NCBI RefSeq assembly: GCF_009834535.1
Contig: NC_045697.1
Location: forward strand, 1,676,001 to 1,740,000
Reading direction: 5' to 3'
Source: Camelus ferus
Taxonomy: Eukaryota
Length of the DNA stretch: 64,000 nt
Positions within the stretch are counted from its first letter, which is position 1. Every line of letters starts with the position of its first letter. Positions 24,171 through 37,095 of this stretch are shown here, piece after piece. The translations under genes were made by a program, and so were the position numbers. The notes under the pieces are model-generated. The model was not told the origin of the DNA and ran no database searches. It saw only the letters and a list, made by a program, of their open reading frames with translations.

Positions 24171-24599
24171 TGCTACTGTCATCCTCCCTCCAGCAAGCCC
24201 TGACTGATACCCCTATGGGCCCTGCCTTGCCGCTGTGTGCAAGGGGAACAGGAGTGAGTGATGCAGAATTGTGGACTCTTGTCAGAATAGTCTTCTGAGA
24301 AAAGCCAACGTCCAGATCAGAGGTCTATTATCCATAAACAGTATCCCCGACCCTTCCACGGACAAGGCCAAAGAGGACTGTGCTGGCACCGGCTGCCTGG
24401 GTTCCACACTTTTCTTCCACTGTCCAACGCGGGACCTCAAATTTCTGTGGGTATAAAGGGAGCTAGAAGCCCTACTCGTACGTCTCCTGGGTCTTTTGGG
24501 GACTCAGATAAGACAACATGAGGGGCACTTTGGAGGCAGGTGCTGATGTGGTGTCTAGTCCAGCCTCCAGGTCACTGGAAGGTGTCCTGGTCTCACCAA

Positions 24600-25850
24600 A
24601 GCCCTGGTTGTGCGGCGGTGACTGGCGCTCGTTCATCCACATCAGCAGGCAGCCGCCCGCCCGCTCTGTGGGGCCTTATCAGGATCCACAAACCCCGATG
24701 CCCGGCCCCACCCTGCTGCCAGCCCAGCCCCCAGCTCTGCCAGTGGGCCGGGCCGCCCGCAGCGGCGTCTGGACACAGCCCAGCACAGGCTGGCACAGGC
24801 GCCGGGGCCGTCTGCTGGAGGAGCCGGCGAGGCGGGCGGGGAGAGGCCCTTTCTGGCGGAGGTGGGCCTGGAGCCACCGTTTAGCACGCCCCCCAGAGTA
24901 TCCCGTGAACCTGGCCCGCGGGAAGCCTCCCCGAGCCTGACCAGCGGCAATGAATGAGCGGCCGAGCGGGCGCCGCTGGCACAGCCAGCCCGGGGCTTCA
25001 GCGACGAGGCCTGTGTGGCTGCGACCCGGGGACCCAATGCAACCGACCGTCCGCCTTCCGCAGCGGGCGGGCGGGGCGGCCGCTGCTCGGACTCGCGAAA
25101 GGCCGCGGCCCCGGGCGGAGCCCACCGCATCCTGGCCCCGCCCCGCCGCGCCCGCCCGCTCGCGTCCAGCCAATCGCAGGGCGCGTTGCTGGGCGGTGAG
25201 GCGAGGGCTGGGCCTGTGGGCTGGCGCGTTGTTGGGCTGCGGCCGCTGCAGGCCGCACCCAGCTCTGGCGGTGGGGTTGCGCCGAGGGCGGAGGGGGCGG
25301 GAGGCCGGGCGGGCCGGAGCTGCGGGCTGGGGTGCGCGCGGCGGGCAGGGGGCGGAGCCGGAGCCCTAGCCCTAGCGGGAGCGGACGGGCGGCGGCCGCA
25401 CTCGCACCTGGGAGCCCGCGCGCTGCCCGCGATTCGCCCCTGAGGTGAGGCCCCTGCGCAGGGCGGCGGCGGGGCCCGTAGCGCGGCGGAGCGGCCCAGG
25501 GGCTTCAGGCCGGGCCCCGGGCCGGCGGCGGCGCGGGGGGTGGGTCCGCACTGGCGGGGGGCCCGTGGGGGCCGCCCCGGGAGGCGTCCCCGTTGTTCGG
25601 CCGTGGGCCCTGGCCGGGTGCGGAGGGGCCAACGCCCTGCAAGCTTCTCTCCACACGGGCTTGTCTGTGGGGGCGCCTGGGCAACTCGTCTGTGGGCTGG
25701 GCGGGGGGCTTCGGGGTCCGTGTGGAAAAGCAGGGTCCGGGCCGGGCGTTGAGTCAGCCTGGTGCTCGCGACGGCCGGGCCCGTGGTCCGAAGCGCGGAC
25801 GGCTCGAGATGTTTGTGCATAGGCGCAGACAGACTCGGGCATCCGGATCC
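24600..25850. promoter_or_regulatory. ADD1: CpG island / promoter of ADD1, with CCAAT box (25170-25174) and GC boxes
   Basis: Dense CpG; agccaatc motif; multiple ggggcgg/ccgccc sites; contains the exon-1 donor. Confidence 0.9.
25255..25444 (+). other. ADD1: ADD1 non-coding exon 1 (5' UTR); start position approximate
   Basis: Ends ...gcgcgctgcccgcgattcgcccctgag|gtgagg, resembling the ADD1 mRNA 5' UTR as I recall it, which continues GAACCTAGAAAGATTG (exon 2 at 60078). Confidence 0.8.
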
Positions 25851-28599
25851 TGCCTGTCAGCTCTCGGTTTTTAAAAAACGACAGCTTCTGCGAAAAAGGG
25901 AAAAGCCAGACCTGCCTGCGAATGGTAATAAGGTTGTCCTGCAACTTTGTTAGTGAAGGCTGTTGGACGTCTTCGCCCCTCCTTCTCTTTCCTTTCTTTT
26001 TCGCTTTGTTTTTTTTGGGGGGGGAGGGGTGTCAGAGGGTCTCTGCCTCTAACAGTTTTATTATTGCTCTTGTAATTCATGGCTCAGGATATTTTGTAGG
26101 TGCTCATTTCATGCGTACCTACCTTGAAATAAATATTTTGGTTAATCTGAAACTGCTGGTGGTGTGACCATCTGAATTTGCCTAAATGACATAAAGCAGT
26201 TGTCGTATCTCCAAGAACCAGAAACATACCTGATAGGTGTATGCAGTGCTGGAGAGTTACAGAACGATTTTTTTTTTTTGCATGTGAAAAATTGATTAAA
26301 TCTTAATGAGGATAGGAAATACGCTGCTGAAAGGTCCACCCTGTCTTCTTTGCAAAACACATCAGTAAAGGCCCCAGGTGAAAATGAGTCAGAGTGGACG
26401 AGCAGGAGTTCAGCAGGCATCAGAGAGGGGAGGGTGCACCAGGCAAAGAGGGTGAATTGTATGAGGGTGAGATTGTAATCAATGGAGTCTTTAATTAATG
26501 GGCAGATGCCAGCGCACGTGTGAATTTTTTTTAAATCCAAAATCGTAATATACCCCTTTGACTGACTGTGGGGAAAACGAGAACAGTAAAGTTGTTTTTT
26601 AAGGAAGTGGATGGTTTTGGCAGTCAGAGCGCTTTTCAGAGTTTTGATGTGGTTTACGGCAGGACAAACGATATTTTACTGCTTGTGTGGTTTTAGTTCC
26701 AGAGGCTCACCGAATGACAGGAACCTAAATTCTATCCAGGCTCCAAAAGGTGGGATCGTTTCCTTTCCAAAATCTGATTACTACAGCTAACCATTTTCTC
26801 TTTTAACTCTTTGATATTGTCTGATACTGACAAGGTTTTGTTTGGTATTCAGTTTTGTGTTACTGCTTTTACTATAAAAGCTGTTTCTCTTGATGATTAG
26901 GTTTTGGTTAGTTCTTTCAAGTAGTCATTGTACTGAGTCAGAAAAGTAAATATTGAAATGCTTTAAAAGATGCTTTTTTAAAAAACCCTGGAAAAATCAA
27001 ATATCCGACCAGTGTTAAAATTTTCTTGATTTTCTCTCTCTCTTATTTTTTTAACAGTTTGAATCAGGGCCCAAATGCTATGCGTACATTGTAACTTGTT
27101 TTAATCCGTAGGCTCCTCCATCTTTTGTTATCTCTTGTAATTTATTTGTTGCTCAAATTGATGGTTTGTCCTGTGGAATTACACACAGTCTGGATTTTAT
27201 TCTGTTTTGTAGTTAACTATACAGAATCTGCTGTACATTTACTGTAATTTGGTTGGATCTAAGGCGTGATCCGATTCAGGTTGGATTTATTTTTGTCAAG
27301 AAGACTTTATAGATTAGTATGCAGATAAAGATGAGTAGTCTTCTTGCCAGTGTTTAGAGTCAGTATTTCTTGAGGCATTGAAAAATGTTGATATTTTAAT
27401 TATATAACTTAATCATTTATTAGCTGGAATATTTCTATAAAGAGAAATTTCCCCTCCGTAATTTAGTTACCGTGAATTATAGCTCTTTTAGGAAATGGAG
27501 GATAAATGCTTAATTCCTCTCTTACTAGTTTTGGAAATAATAAGCTGGCATCCTCCAGAAGTAGCCAGTGAATTCTGTACATGTATTTGTGTCATTGTGA
27601 ACTCGTGGATTTAAACATATTTGATATGGTTCAGTCCATTGTAGATCCTTATTGATACTCAAATTATTGCATCATTGTCCAGTAAGAATTTGTTCAAATT
27701 GGCTCCTAAATCCTTTGGACACAACTCTAATAGTCTTTGTTTGATCTTCTTTCTGTATGACAAACTGTACCAGACTCATCTTACACATTTTCTGTCCCAG
27801 CCCTGGAATTGTCCATTTTTTCCAAGGAGCTTTGATTTCTTTTAATGAAAAAATAGTATTTAGTAATCATAGTCTGTGCCCTGAGGTTGTTCATTACCAC
27901 TAAATTGATCATTGTTTCCAGGTCTTTTCAGTGCACACACATCGTGGATTACTGACACTTTGACAGAGTTGTGTTTAACCTTCTTGATCTTACACCTGTA
28001 TCTTTTTTCCCCTAAGACAAATATCTTGATTCTAATTACTCATTGTTTTATCCGACACTGTACACACATTTCAGTATCAGAAGAATAATACAAACACTAC
28101 CCCCAACTAATAAAAACTGTTTAAGAGGGTTTTTTTTTGCATCCTTATTTGGAATATGTAGTTAAATTACTGTGTTTTGAAGTCACTTAGAATAGTTACT
28201 CCATGATTTTGCCTCCACTAGATGTGTAGTAGTCTTTTGTTTTTTATTTTGCTTTCGACATTTAGGAGTTGCTTTTTTAAAAATTGAGGTGTATTTGATG
28301 TACAACAGTATATAAATTGCAGGTGTGTAATACAATGATTTGTAATTTTTAAAGGTTCTATACCCCCATTTATAGTTATTATGAAATAGTGGCTAAGGAA
28401 TTGATTTTTTTAAATTTAATTTTGTTTTCTAATTTTGTAAAATATTAAAAGGCTTTCAAGGTCAAACATAAAACGAGATGCAACCAGCCCTCCGTACCCG
28501 TGGTTCTGCAGCATTGGATATGTAAGGCTGACTGTAACCCATTCCTTCTTTTCCCTATGGATTACCTTTCAACTCTCTTCACGCATTTTGCACTGCCTC

Positions 28600-29140
28600 C
28601 CCCAGTCTGTTCTCTGTATCCATGAGTTTGGTTTTTTTGTCTTGTTTTTAGATAAGTGAAATCATATGGTATCTGTCTTTCTCTGTCTGACTTATTTCTC
28701 TTGGCATGATGTTCCTGAGGTTCATCCATGCTGTAGACTGTGTCAGGATTTTCTTTGTTTTTAAGGCTGAATAACATTCCTTTGTATGTATATGCCACAT
28801 TTTGCTTATCCATTTATCCCTCGTTGAACACTCGGTTTGTTTCCACATTTCAGCAATTGTGCATAGTGCTGCTATGAACATGGATATACGAGTGTCTCTT
28901 TGAGACCCTACGTTCAGGTCTTTGAGGTATATACCCATTATTAGAATTGCTGGATCATATGGTAATTCTGTTTAAAAAATTTTGAGGAACCATTGTACAT
29001 TCCAACCAGTAGAGCAAAAGGGTCCCAATTTCTTCACATCTTTGCCAACATTTGTTTTCTTTTTTTTTGATAGTATCCATCCTAACAGATATGAGGTGGT
29101 ATGTCATTGTTGTTTGACTTGCATTTCTGTGATCCCATCA
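28600..29140 (-). mobile_element. LINE-1 3' region (L1MA-like)
   Basis: ataagtgaaatcatatggtatctgtctttctctgtctgacttattt; gtgctgctatgaacat; aattgctggatcatatggtaattct. ORF 28648..28938(-) is the L1 ORF2 C-terminus (MFIAAL.TIAE.WKQ..C). Confidence 0.88.
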
Positions 29141-29799
29141 TGCTTTTTTTCACTTAACATTTGGCATCCATGCCAGACTGTAATATAGACATATTTCTCA
29201 TTCCTTCTTTCAGTTGCTTTGTGCTTCTTTACGTGGTTGTATCATACTTTATTTAAGAAGACGTGACTGCTTTTAATGACTGTTTAACACAAGTGTCTTG
29301 TCCGGTAGTGGCATTTTTTTCTTATACTGTGATTTGGTGAGAATTTTCTGGTACATTTAAAATTATCAGAATGGAAGGAAGTACTTCACAGGGGTGTGAT
29401 GTCATGCTCTGAAATTCTGTTCTATTGAGAAGACTAGCCTTCTCTGTTACGTGGTAGTTAACAGCTACAGGTGTTGAAGACTAGTTTTACATTTTAAGTT
29501 TTTTGAACAGCTGCTATTTCAATCCCTCAATTGCAGTGATAATTTGGGGTTGGTTTCATAAATGCTATTTCTGAGATAAAATCATCTGACTCATATAGAC
29601 ACAGTAAGTTCATTATTAGTCAAGTTGTTAACATCCCATTTTAGTAATCTTTTTCTGTTGTTTCCTATTGTTCTCTCACTCATTATAAATCTACATATTC
29701 ACTGAATCCTGAGTATTTAAGCTTTAAGATCTAAAATATTAGACTCATAGGTTATAGTGTGTGGAAAACGAAGCCTACAAGTATAGTTGTTAATGCTCT

Positions 29800-30820
29800 C
29801 TTGCTGTCAGCTCTGCCTTCAGAATACATCCTGAATCAGCCCTTCTGTCCCATCCGCACTGTTACCACCTGGGTCCCAGCAGCCGCCTTGTCTCCCTTGG
29901 ACTGCTGCAGCAGCCTCTAGCTGGTTTCCCCAAGTCCTTTCTTCCTGCTTACTCTCCACCTGGCAGCTAGGGTGACTTACATGGTGTAAATTAGATCATG
30001 TTCTGTCTTGCTGAAACCCTTCAAAGGCAGATAAAGCGGTTGCCTCTAGGGAACTATGAGGCTGTTGGGCAGGGGTGGGACAAGACTTTCTTTTCTCTGT
30101 ATAACCTTATAAGTCTTTCAGATTTTGACTCATGTAATTGGATGATGCACTCACAATGAAATAAGTAATTTTACAAACAAAACAAAGCAACCCAATGACT
30201 TCTCGTTACATGTAGAACAAAATCCGGATTCCTTGTCATGCTCCCGTCCTGCCGTTCTGCTTCCTCAGGTATGTTGCGTTCTCAGTAGCCTTCCTGCAGC
30301 CTGCCTAGCTCGTTTCTGATATGGAGAGTTGCATGTTGATCCCTCTGCCTAGAACAAGTGCTTTTACACCCCTCCTTCTCACCTTTCAGGACTCCGCTTA
30401 AATGTCTTTTAAAGAATCCTCCTTAACTGCCCTTTTAATGTAGGTTTTCCCTGTCACTCACTAACTCAGACACTTCTGTTCTTCAGTTTTGATTGTCTGT
30501 TTACTTTTGTTTTTGCTTCCACAAGAATGATACTCCATTAAGGCAGTGGATATTTATCCACTGTTTAAGCTGGCCCCTCTGTGTTCTTGCTAGAATGAGT
30601 TCTGAGTCATAGACTAGGCTGTGACACTTCCCTGTCAGAGCTTTCAGTGATTCTCCATGGCCCGTCAGCCCCGAGTTCCAGGACTAGGCTTTCAAGGTTT
30701 GTCCTCTTCCCTCATCTCCAGTCTCATCTCTTATAGCACTTTGGTTTCGCTTCCCACTGTGTTTTGAGCACTTAGCATGACACCTGGTAGGTGCCCAGTA
30801 AGTATGTGGGGAATGAATGA
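29800..30820. mobile_element. Ancient L2 fragments
   Basis: L2-like motifs (gactgctgcagcagcctctagctggtttccc, tagatcatgttc, cctctgcctagaac) and the 3' end gaatgaatgaatga. Confidence 0.6.
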
Positions 30821-31329
30821 ATGATTTAGGATTGGTCTCTTTAAGTCTTTGTGAAATTGTCACACAGTTAGGAAAATGACAGCTAAAAATAAAAGGCCAT
30901 CAGGGAGGGCTACATAAAGAAGGTAGAATTAAACTTGATACTGAAAGCTGGACTCAGTGGGCAAAGAAAAAATGGCATTTTGTGAAGGAGAAATGGCAGG
31001 TTTTTTTAGACTAAATTTTTTGTAGCCACGTTTTATGGCAGCGGCTTAAACACATACACAGAGATCCTACCTAGACTTGAATCCTGACCCTGGGCCAGGT
31101 GGTTCAAATGCATTCCCTGATTAAGAACTGCTGCTTTATGGCCTTGCTCTTAGAACAGTGGTCCCTTGCATAACTAGTGTTGCAGTGGACCCAGGACTAC
31201 CGTCTGTGAAGGTGGGGTTACTTACCCACATTGGATGCAGCGTTTAAATGACTGTTGAAAAATAGGGATACCATTTAGCTGGTAACATAGAATTCCTGAA
31301 ATTCAGTTTAAACTGGAATTTTCATCTTT

Positions 31330-31540
31330 TTAAACACTTGCTGTATGCTAGTCATTGTACTTTTTATATATTATCTCATTTAATCCTTAAAACAATCCTA
31401 TTGCGTAGATACTATTATCATTTTTTTCAGTTGAAGAAAACCAAGGAAGTTTAAGTGATTGCCAGGGTCCCATAGGAGATGGTGGTGCTGGGATTCAGAC
31501 CAAGGATGTCTAACCCCAGAGATGATACTCTTAGCCACCA
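31330..31540 (-). mobile_element. MIR SINE
   Basis: attatctcatttaatcct...aacaatcct...tagatactattatc...gggattcagaccaaggatgtctaaccccaga. Confidence 0.75.
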
Positions 31541-31803
31541 GGCTGTACTGCCCTTCGTCTGTATATTTTCTTCATCCTGTTACTTAGTCACTTGGCTATA
31601 CCCGTGGGCCCTGGGCTTCCCCGTGAGGGCAGGTGCTGAGCCTTGTCTAGTGCTCTGTTTCCCCAGGCTTGCACGGTGCCTGGGGGAGAGCAGGTCCTTA
31701 AGAATTATTTGTTGCAGTAGTGATCTTCAGTTAATTTTCAGAAAGCTTAGTTTTCAGAAATAATGTTCATGGCAAAATTAGAGGCCCATCTGTTCCCTTA
31801 AGG

Positions 31804-32113
31804 CAGGAGTCGGCGAACTTTCTGTAAAGGGCTGGATAATAAATACTTCAGGCTTTGAGAGCTGTGTAATCTCTCAGCTACTTAGTTCTGCTGTTGCATG
31901 AAAGCAGCCATAGAGGATTCGTAAATGAATCAATAACTGTCCAATAAAACCTTCCTTATGGGCTCTGAAATTTAAATTGATTTCATGTCTGTCGTTATTT
32001 ATGTTCCAAAAAATTTTTTTTAGCCTTTGAAGATCTGTGTTAGCTTGTGGCCCTTATAAAAGCAGGCAGTGAGCTGGATTTGGCTTGGGAGGTCGGGCAT
32101 TTGCTGATTTCTG
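31804..32113. mobile_element. MER58-like hAT-Charlie DNA transposon (MITE)
   Basis: caggagtcggcgaactttctgtaaagggc...gaaagcagccataga...ccaataaaac...ggatttggc...tttgctgatttctg, with degenerate terminal inverted repeats. Confidence 0.8.
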
Positions 32114-32534
32114 CCTGGAGTCTAAATTTTATTATTAGGTCCAGTTAGGTATCTGCCTTCTGGACTGAACTGTTTCGTCTGCCAGTGGACCTTCTTTTAC
32201 TGCATCCTGCTTCGGCCTGCAGTGAGCAGCTGTGTGGGAGAAACACTACCCTGAGATGTCACATGGTGTTGGCTGTAGGGCAGTCGTTGGGGGTCTTGTC
32301 CTTTATAGTAAGCGAAATACTATTCTTTTCTTCATTAAGGAATCTGTTTTACTTTTCTTTGAGTAGAACTTTCAACATCATTATTCTAGTTGTATCCCAG
32401 AATGAATTTTTATATTTTGTATTTGTCCTTTAGTTTAATATATTTCAGCTGTGGTTTAATAGAAAGAGCTACTTGGAGTTAGAAAGGGCTGGTTACACAT
32501 AGCTGTGTAACTCTTTTTGCCAAATTAATCTTTT

Positions 32535-32678
32535 CTGTGTGTGTTTTGTTTTGAGGGGGGTAGGTAACTAGGTTTGTTTATTTATTTACTAATTTTTTTT
32601 TTTTTAACTAGGGATTGAACTCAAGACCTCATGCATGCTAACCATGCACTCTACCTCTGAGCTATACCCCCCCCCCCA
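32535..32678 (-). mobile_element. tRNA-derived SINE (Vic-1-like)
   Basis: gggattgaactcaagacctcatgcatgctaaccatgcactctacctctgagctatacccc. Confidence 0.85.
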
Positions 32679-33199
32679 GTGAATCTTAAGCTAGCATTAT
32701 ACCTGGCCTAGAGGAAGAGCCTAAGGAATGGTGAGGCCCCTTTCCTACCCCCACCTCCACCACTTCCTCCACCTCACATCCTTGGGCAAATCACTTCTCT
32801 TTTTTCTGAGCTTCAGTTTTCCCATTTATGCAATGGGTATGACCATACCTTCCTTATCTACTTCAGAGAGTTTGTATGAAATTAAGTGAAAAAGTACTTT
32901 GTAAGCGGTAGATGCTGCCCAAGTGTGTGATTTATTATCCTATATTTAGATTATACTTGGGAGCAAGAAAGGAGAGAGGAACCATTACTAATGGTGCATT
33001 AACTTCTCTTGAATGCACCTCCAACAGTTAATCTCATGCCTTTTGGGTGTAAAAACATTGTACTGAAAAAATCCGATGCTGTGTGTATTATAGCTAATCT
33101 TGCCAGATGAAATGACAGAAACTTGCTATACTAAATTACAGATTTGCACCCAAAGACTTGGAACTCAAAACCGTGGGACTAAAGTCTTTCAGTTTTCCC

Positions 33200-34000
33200 T
33201 TTAAAGATGCTGCTTCACTGCCGTCTTGCTCGTGTCACCTATAAGCAGTCTGCTGCCATCTGTATCTTGTTCTTCTACATGCGTTGTCTTTTTCTTTGGC
33301 TGCTTTCAAGACTTTCCTTATCACTGGTTTTGAGCAATTTTATTTTGATGTGCTTCTGTGTTCCACAGTTTTTTACGTGTATCTTGTGCTTGGGATCCAT
33401 TGAGAGCTTTCTTGGATCTGTGGGTTTGTAGTGTTCATCAAACTAGGGAAAATTTTGGCCATTTTTTAAGAAATATTTTTTCTTCTCTATGTCACCTCTT
33501 TGAAGAACTCCAGTTTCATTCAGGTTAGACCATTTAAAGTTGCCCCATGGCTCATGGATGCTCTGTTTGTTTGTCTTTTCTCTGTGTGTTTTGTTTTGAT
33601 TGTTTTTTTATTGCTCTATCTTTAGATTCACTCCTCTCTTTTCTACAGTGTTTAATCTACCGTTAATCTTGTTCAGTGTAGTTTTTTATCTTATGTTGTA
33701 GCTTTCATCTTGAGAAGTTCAGTTTGTATCATTTTTATATCTTCCATCTTTCTGTTTGAGATTTTGAACGTACGTAATACCGTTGTACTCCCTGTTCTGG
33801 TGATCTTGTCCACCAGTTGTAACTTCTTTCTCAGTTCTGGGTTGGATTTGATTGACTTAGCTCCTCGATAGGGTATATTTTCCTGCTTCTTTGCTCATCA
33901 AGTAATTCTTTGCTGGATTCCAGACATTGTAAATTTTTCATTGATGGGTTCTGAATCATGATGTAGTCCTATAAACATTCTTAAACTCTGTTCTGTTATG
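33200..34000 (-). mobile_element. LINE-1 ORF1/5' region fragment
   Basis: tttaaagatgctgcttcactg...tcactggttttgagcaatttta...cttggatctgtgggttt...gattccagacattgtaaattt. Confidence 0.75.
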
Positions 34001-36759
34001 TTAGCAGTAGGACTTTAAAATTTTTCCTGTGTTGGAGATGGTGAATGGCACCATTTTTCTTTTTACACAAATTAAATTCCTAGCCTTCTTGAGAAGCTAA
34101 AGTCACTAAAACAACACCACCAACAGAAACAGTTTATGTTTGAATCCTAGAAATCAATTTGTTTTTATCTTCCCCCATGCTTTGGCAGGTTATTTTGATA
34201 AGGAGAAGGGATGTCCTCGTTTGAATTTCCTGTCTTGTAAGGTTTTAAAAGCTGAATCTAAGATTTGGTTAAGTAGCAGATTAAATTTGCTAATACTTGT
34301 TTAGTTTATTCAGTGCTTACTAGCTATCACATGGCTCCTTAAAACATTTAGGACTCTTAACATAGCATAACATTAAACATTAACAAAACTGTTCAGCAGT
34401 TAATGTTTTCTCTAACCCTCCGTAGGCGGGATACTTGGCTGGCAGGGATGAAGGGAGGCGAGTTTAATTCAGTCTGCCCTTTGAGCTTTGTTTATCCCAG
34501 AAGCACCTTTTTAAGCAATTGTTATGACTAATGTATGACACTGGTTTTGATCCCTGTTAGCTTAAAAGTGTTGAGCCTATTTGGTACGATTTTATATGAA
34601 TTTATGCTCCATAGGAAAAAGATGGCATTTTAAATAAAATAGGACTGGAGTCTGCAGGCCACTTAATTTTTAACTGAACAGTGACTTGAGAACTTGCTCT
34701 TCCAGGATAAAATGGCAACAGTCATTTTAAAATAAGTTACTTTGCAAGAATATTTTCCATTCTGTAGCTTTTATTAACTTGCATATCAGTCCTGTCTCTT
34801 CACACATAGGTATTGAGCACCTCTAATATGCTGGGTTCAACTCTGGGCACAGTGGACAGAGCAGGAATGAGACGCACAGAGGTTGAGACACATCCCCCTC
34901 TCTGGGGAACTTACGTTCTAGAATGAGAGATAGGTAATAACAAAACACTGTAGTATCAGGTAGGAATAATGCGTGAAGGCCATGGCGGCAGGGTGAGGGC
35001 AGAGAGATGATGCCGCAAGGGCCTGTTTCACATGGGGGTAAGGCAGGCTTCTCTGAGGAGGTGACAGTTCGTCAGAGATTGAACCTGTGTGCATCTGGAG
35101 GGAAACGGATGGGCAGTGGAGACACATCTCACTGCACACGGCTTCTTGTTGCCTGTTGATGGCAGCTGCTGAAGGGGCGGGCCACGTGGGCCAGACTTCT
35201 GGAGGAGAAAACCCTCGTGGGCTGTGACCTAGACGAGGGACCGGAGCAGGTGCTGTTTTCCAGTTTCCCTTTGCACGCCTAGTGCCTGGCACTGGGGAGT
35301 ACAGGTGTGAAATTGAGGTTTTTGGGGAGCCCGTCTAATGGTGACAGAGTTATTGTCAGTAGCAGCATACTTAAATAATCATGAAGTAGTCACAGTGATA
35401 GCTGCAGGAATTTTTATCAGGCACTGTGTGGGAAGCATCGTTACCCATTTTGCAGATGAGAAGCTATGCGACAGGTTTAGTGACTTGCCCAAGAGCACAC
35501 AGCCAGAACGGTGGTATGTACATGACCTCCTTTAAAAAATAAAGTATTACACATGACGAAACCCACTTTGCTCCTCCTTAATACGTCTTTGTGAATGCTC
35601 AGTAACAGCACACATGAATCTATTCCATTCTCTTTCATAGTCTCAGGTATTTCATTTTACGGATATTGTATAATTTATTACTGCTGCTGTATTGAGATTT
35701 GATTCCCAGTTTTAACTGTTACAAACTTTTTCAGTTGATACTCTTGCATCTCTGTCCTTGGGCACTGTGAAGTGTATCTGTAGATACATTCTCAGAATTG
35801 AGAGTACCTGGTCAAGGATATTGGTGCTTTTAGTTTCCATAGCTATTTCCAAATTACCCTCCTAACGAGTTATACCAGGTTATACTCCCACCAACTGCGT
35901 GTTTCCACCACATAAGAAAGTGGAGGTAATCATAGTGCCTATTTTGCAGTTACTGTGAAGATTAAATGAACTAAATACATAAAAGGTATCCAGTAAGCTG
36001 TCAGTAAATGGCTGTTATGTATTACAAATACAGTTATTAACCATATTCCTGAACCTCATTACCAAAAATACTGTCAGCCTCCGAGCTGCTTCGGGAGGTT
36101 GGGAAGGGGGTTTATATAATCGACCACAGCAGCGTACGCTCCTCAGATCCCGTACCTGTGTCAGAACAGTTTGCTCTGTGCTGGGGCCCGGGGGCCTGGG
36201 GGCCCAGGGCTGGGAGCTTGCGCTTGGTGTCAGGGGTGCGACCCACAGGCACACGCGCGTTTATGCTCTGCCCAGGCCGCGCTCGGTGACTGGCCTCAGT
36301 GGAGGTTGGCCCCTTGTGTGCCTCTGCAGCACCCTGGGATGGTAGCTCTGAGTGTCTCCACCGGGAGGAGGAGGCCCCCACTTGGGAGGGACCTTTAGAA
36401 TATCCTGTCTCAGACTCTTGGTTCTCCCTTTCTCTTATTCGGAAAGACTTAGTTTAAATTTACCCCATTGATCGACTTACTGAGAGTGATTCAGGGAGCT
36501 CCTCACCTAAACAAGGAGTTTTTCTCATCTGCACGCTACTGCCTAAAATGCCTTGTGGAGGAGACAAAGCAGTTGGTGGTAAGAAGTGAACAAGTCTTCA
36601 GCCAGAGGGTGTGAGTTTACTGCAGGTTCACTGAGGGTTACCCAGCAGTGGGTGATAAAGTCACTTAACTGCTCCCAGTCTCAGTTTTCTCTGACACAAA
36701 ATGAAGTGGTTATAAGATGCAAAGAAGAGAATGTTGTGAAAACTCTCTGAAAATGCAAA

Positions 36760-37095
36760 TGCTGAGTGAAAACATACATTTACAGAAAAACTTGACATGA
36801 ATGTTCATAGCCGAAAAGTGGAAACAAACCCAATAATAAAGAATGAAATACTGATCCGTGCTATGCATGGATGAACTTGGGAAACTTCATGCTAAGTGAA
36901 AGAAGCCAGAGAAAGGCTGGAGGGGAGGGAGGAATAGGAATGGGGAGTGACTGCTGATGTATGTGGGGTTTCTTCTTGGGTGTTGAAGATGTTATAAAAT
37001 TAGGTTGTGTTGATGGTTACACATTTCTGTTAATGTACTGAAACCCAATGAACTGTACACACATGAATTTTATATGTGAATGTCAAAAAAGCTGT
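36760..37095 (+). mobile_element. LINE-1 3' end (L1MB/MC-like)
   Basis: gaatgttcatagc, atggatgaactt...atgctaagtgaaagaagccag, gatggttacaca, aactgtacac. Confidence 0.8.

Noticed and set aside
24642..25820. 392-aa minus-strand ORF and overlapping ORFs at the ADD1 promoter
   Set aside because: Low-complexity Pro/Ala/Arg/Gly translation expected from stop-poor CpG-island DNA; no recognisable domain.
28648..28938. 96-aa ORF with protein-like composition
   Set aside because: Decayed LINE-1 ORF2 C-terminus, not a host gene.
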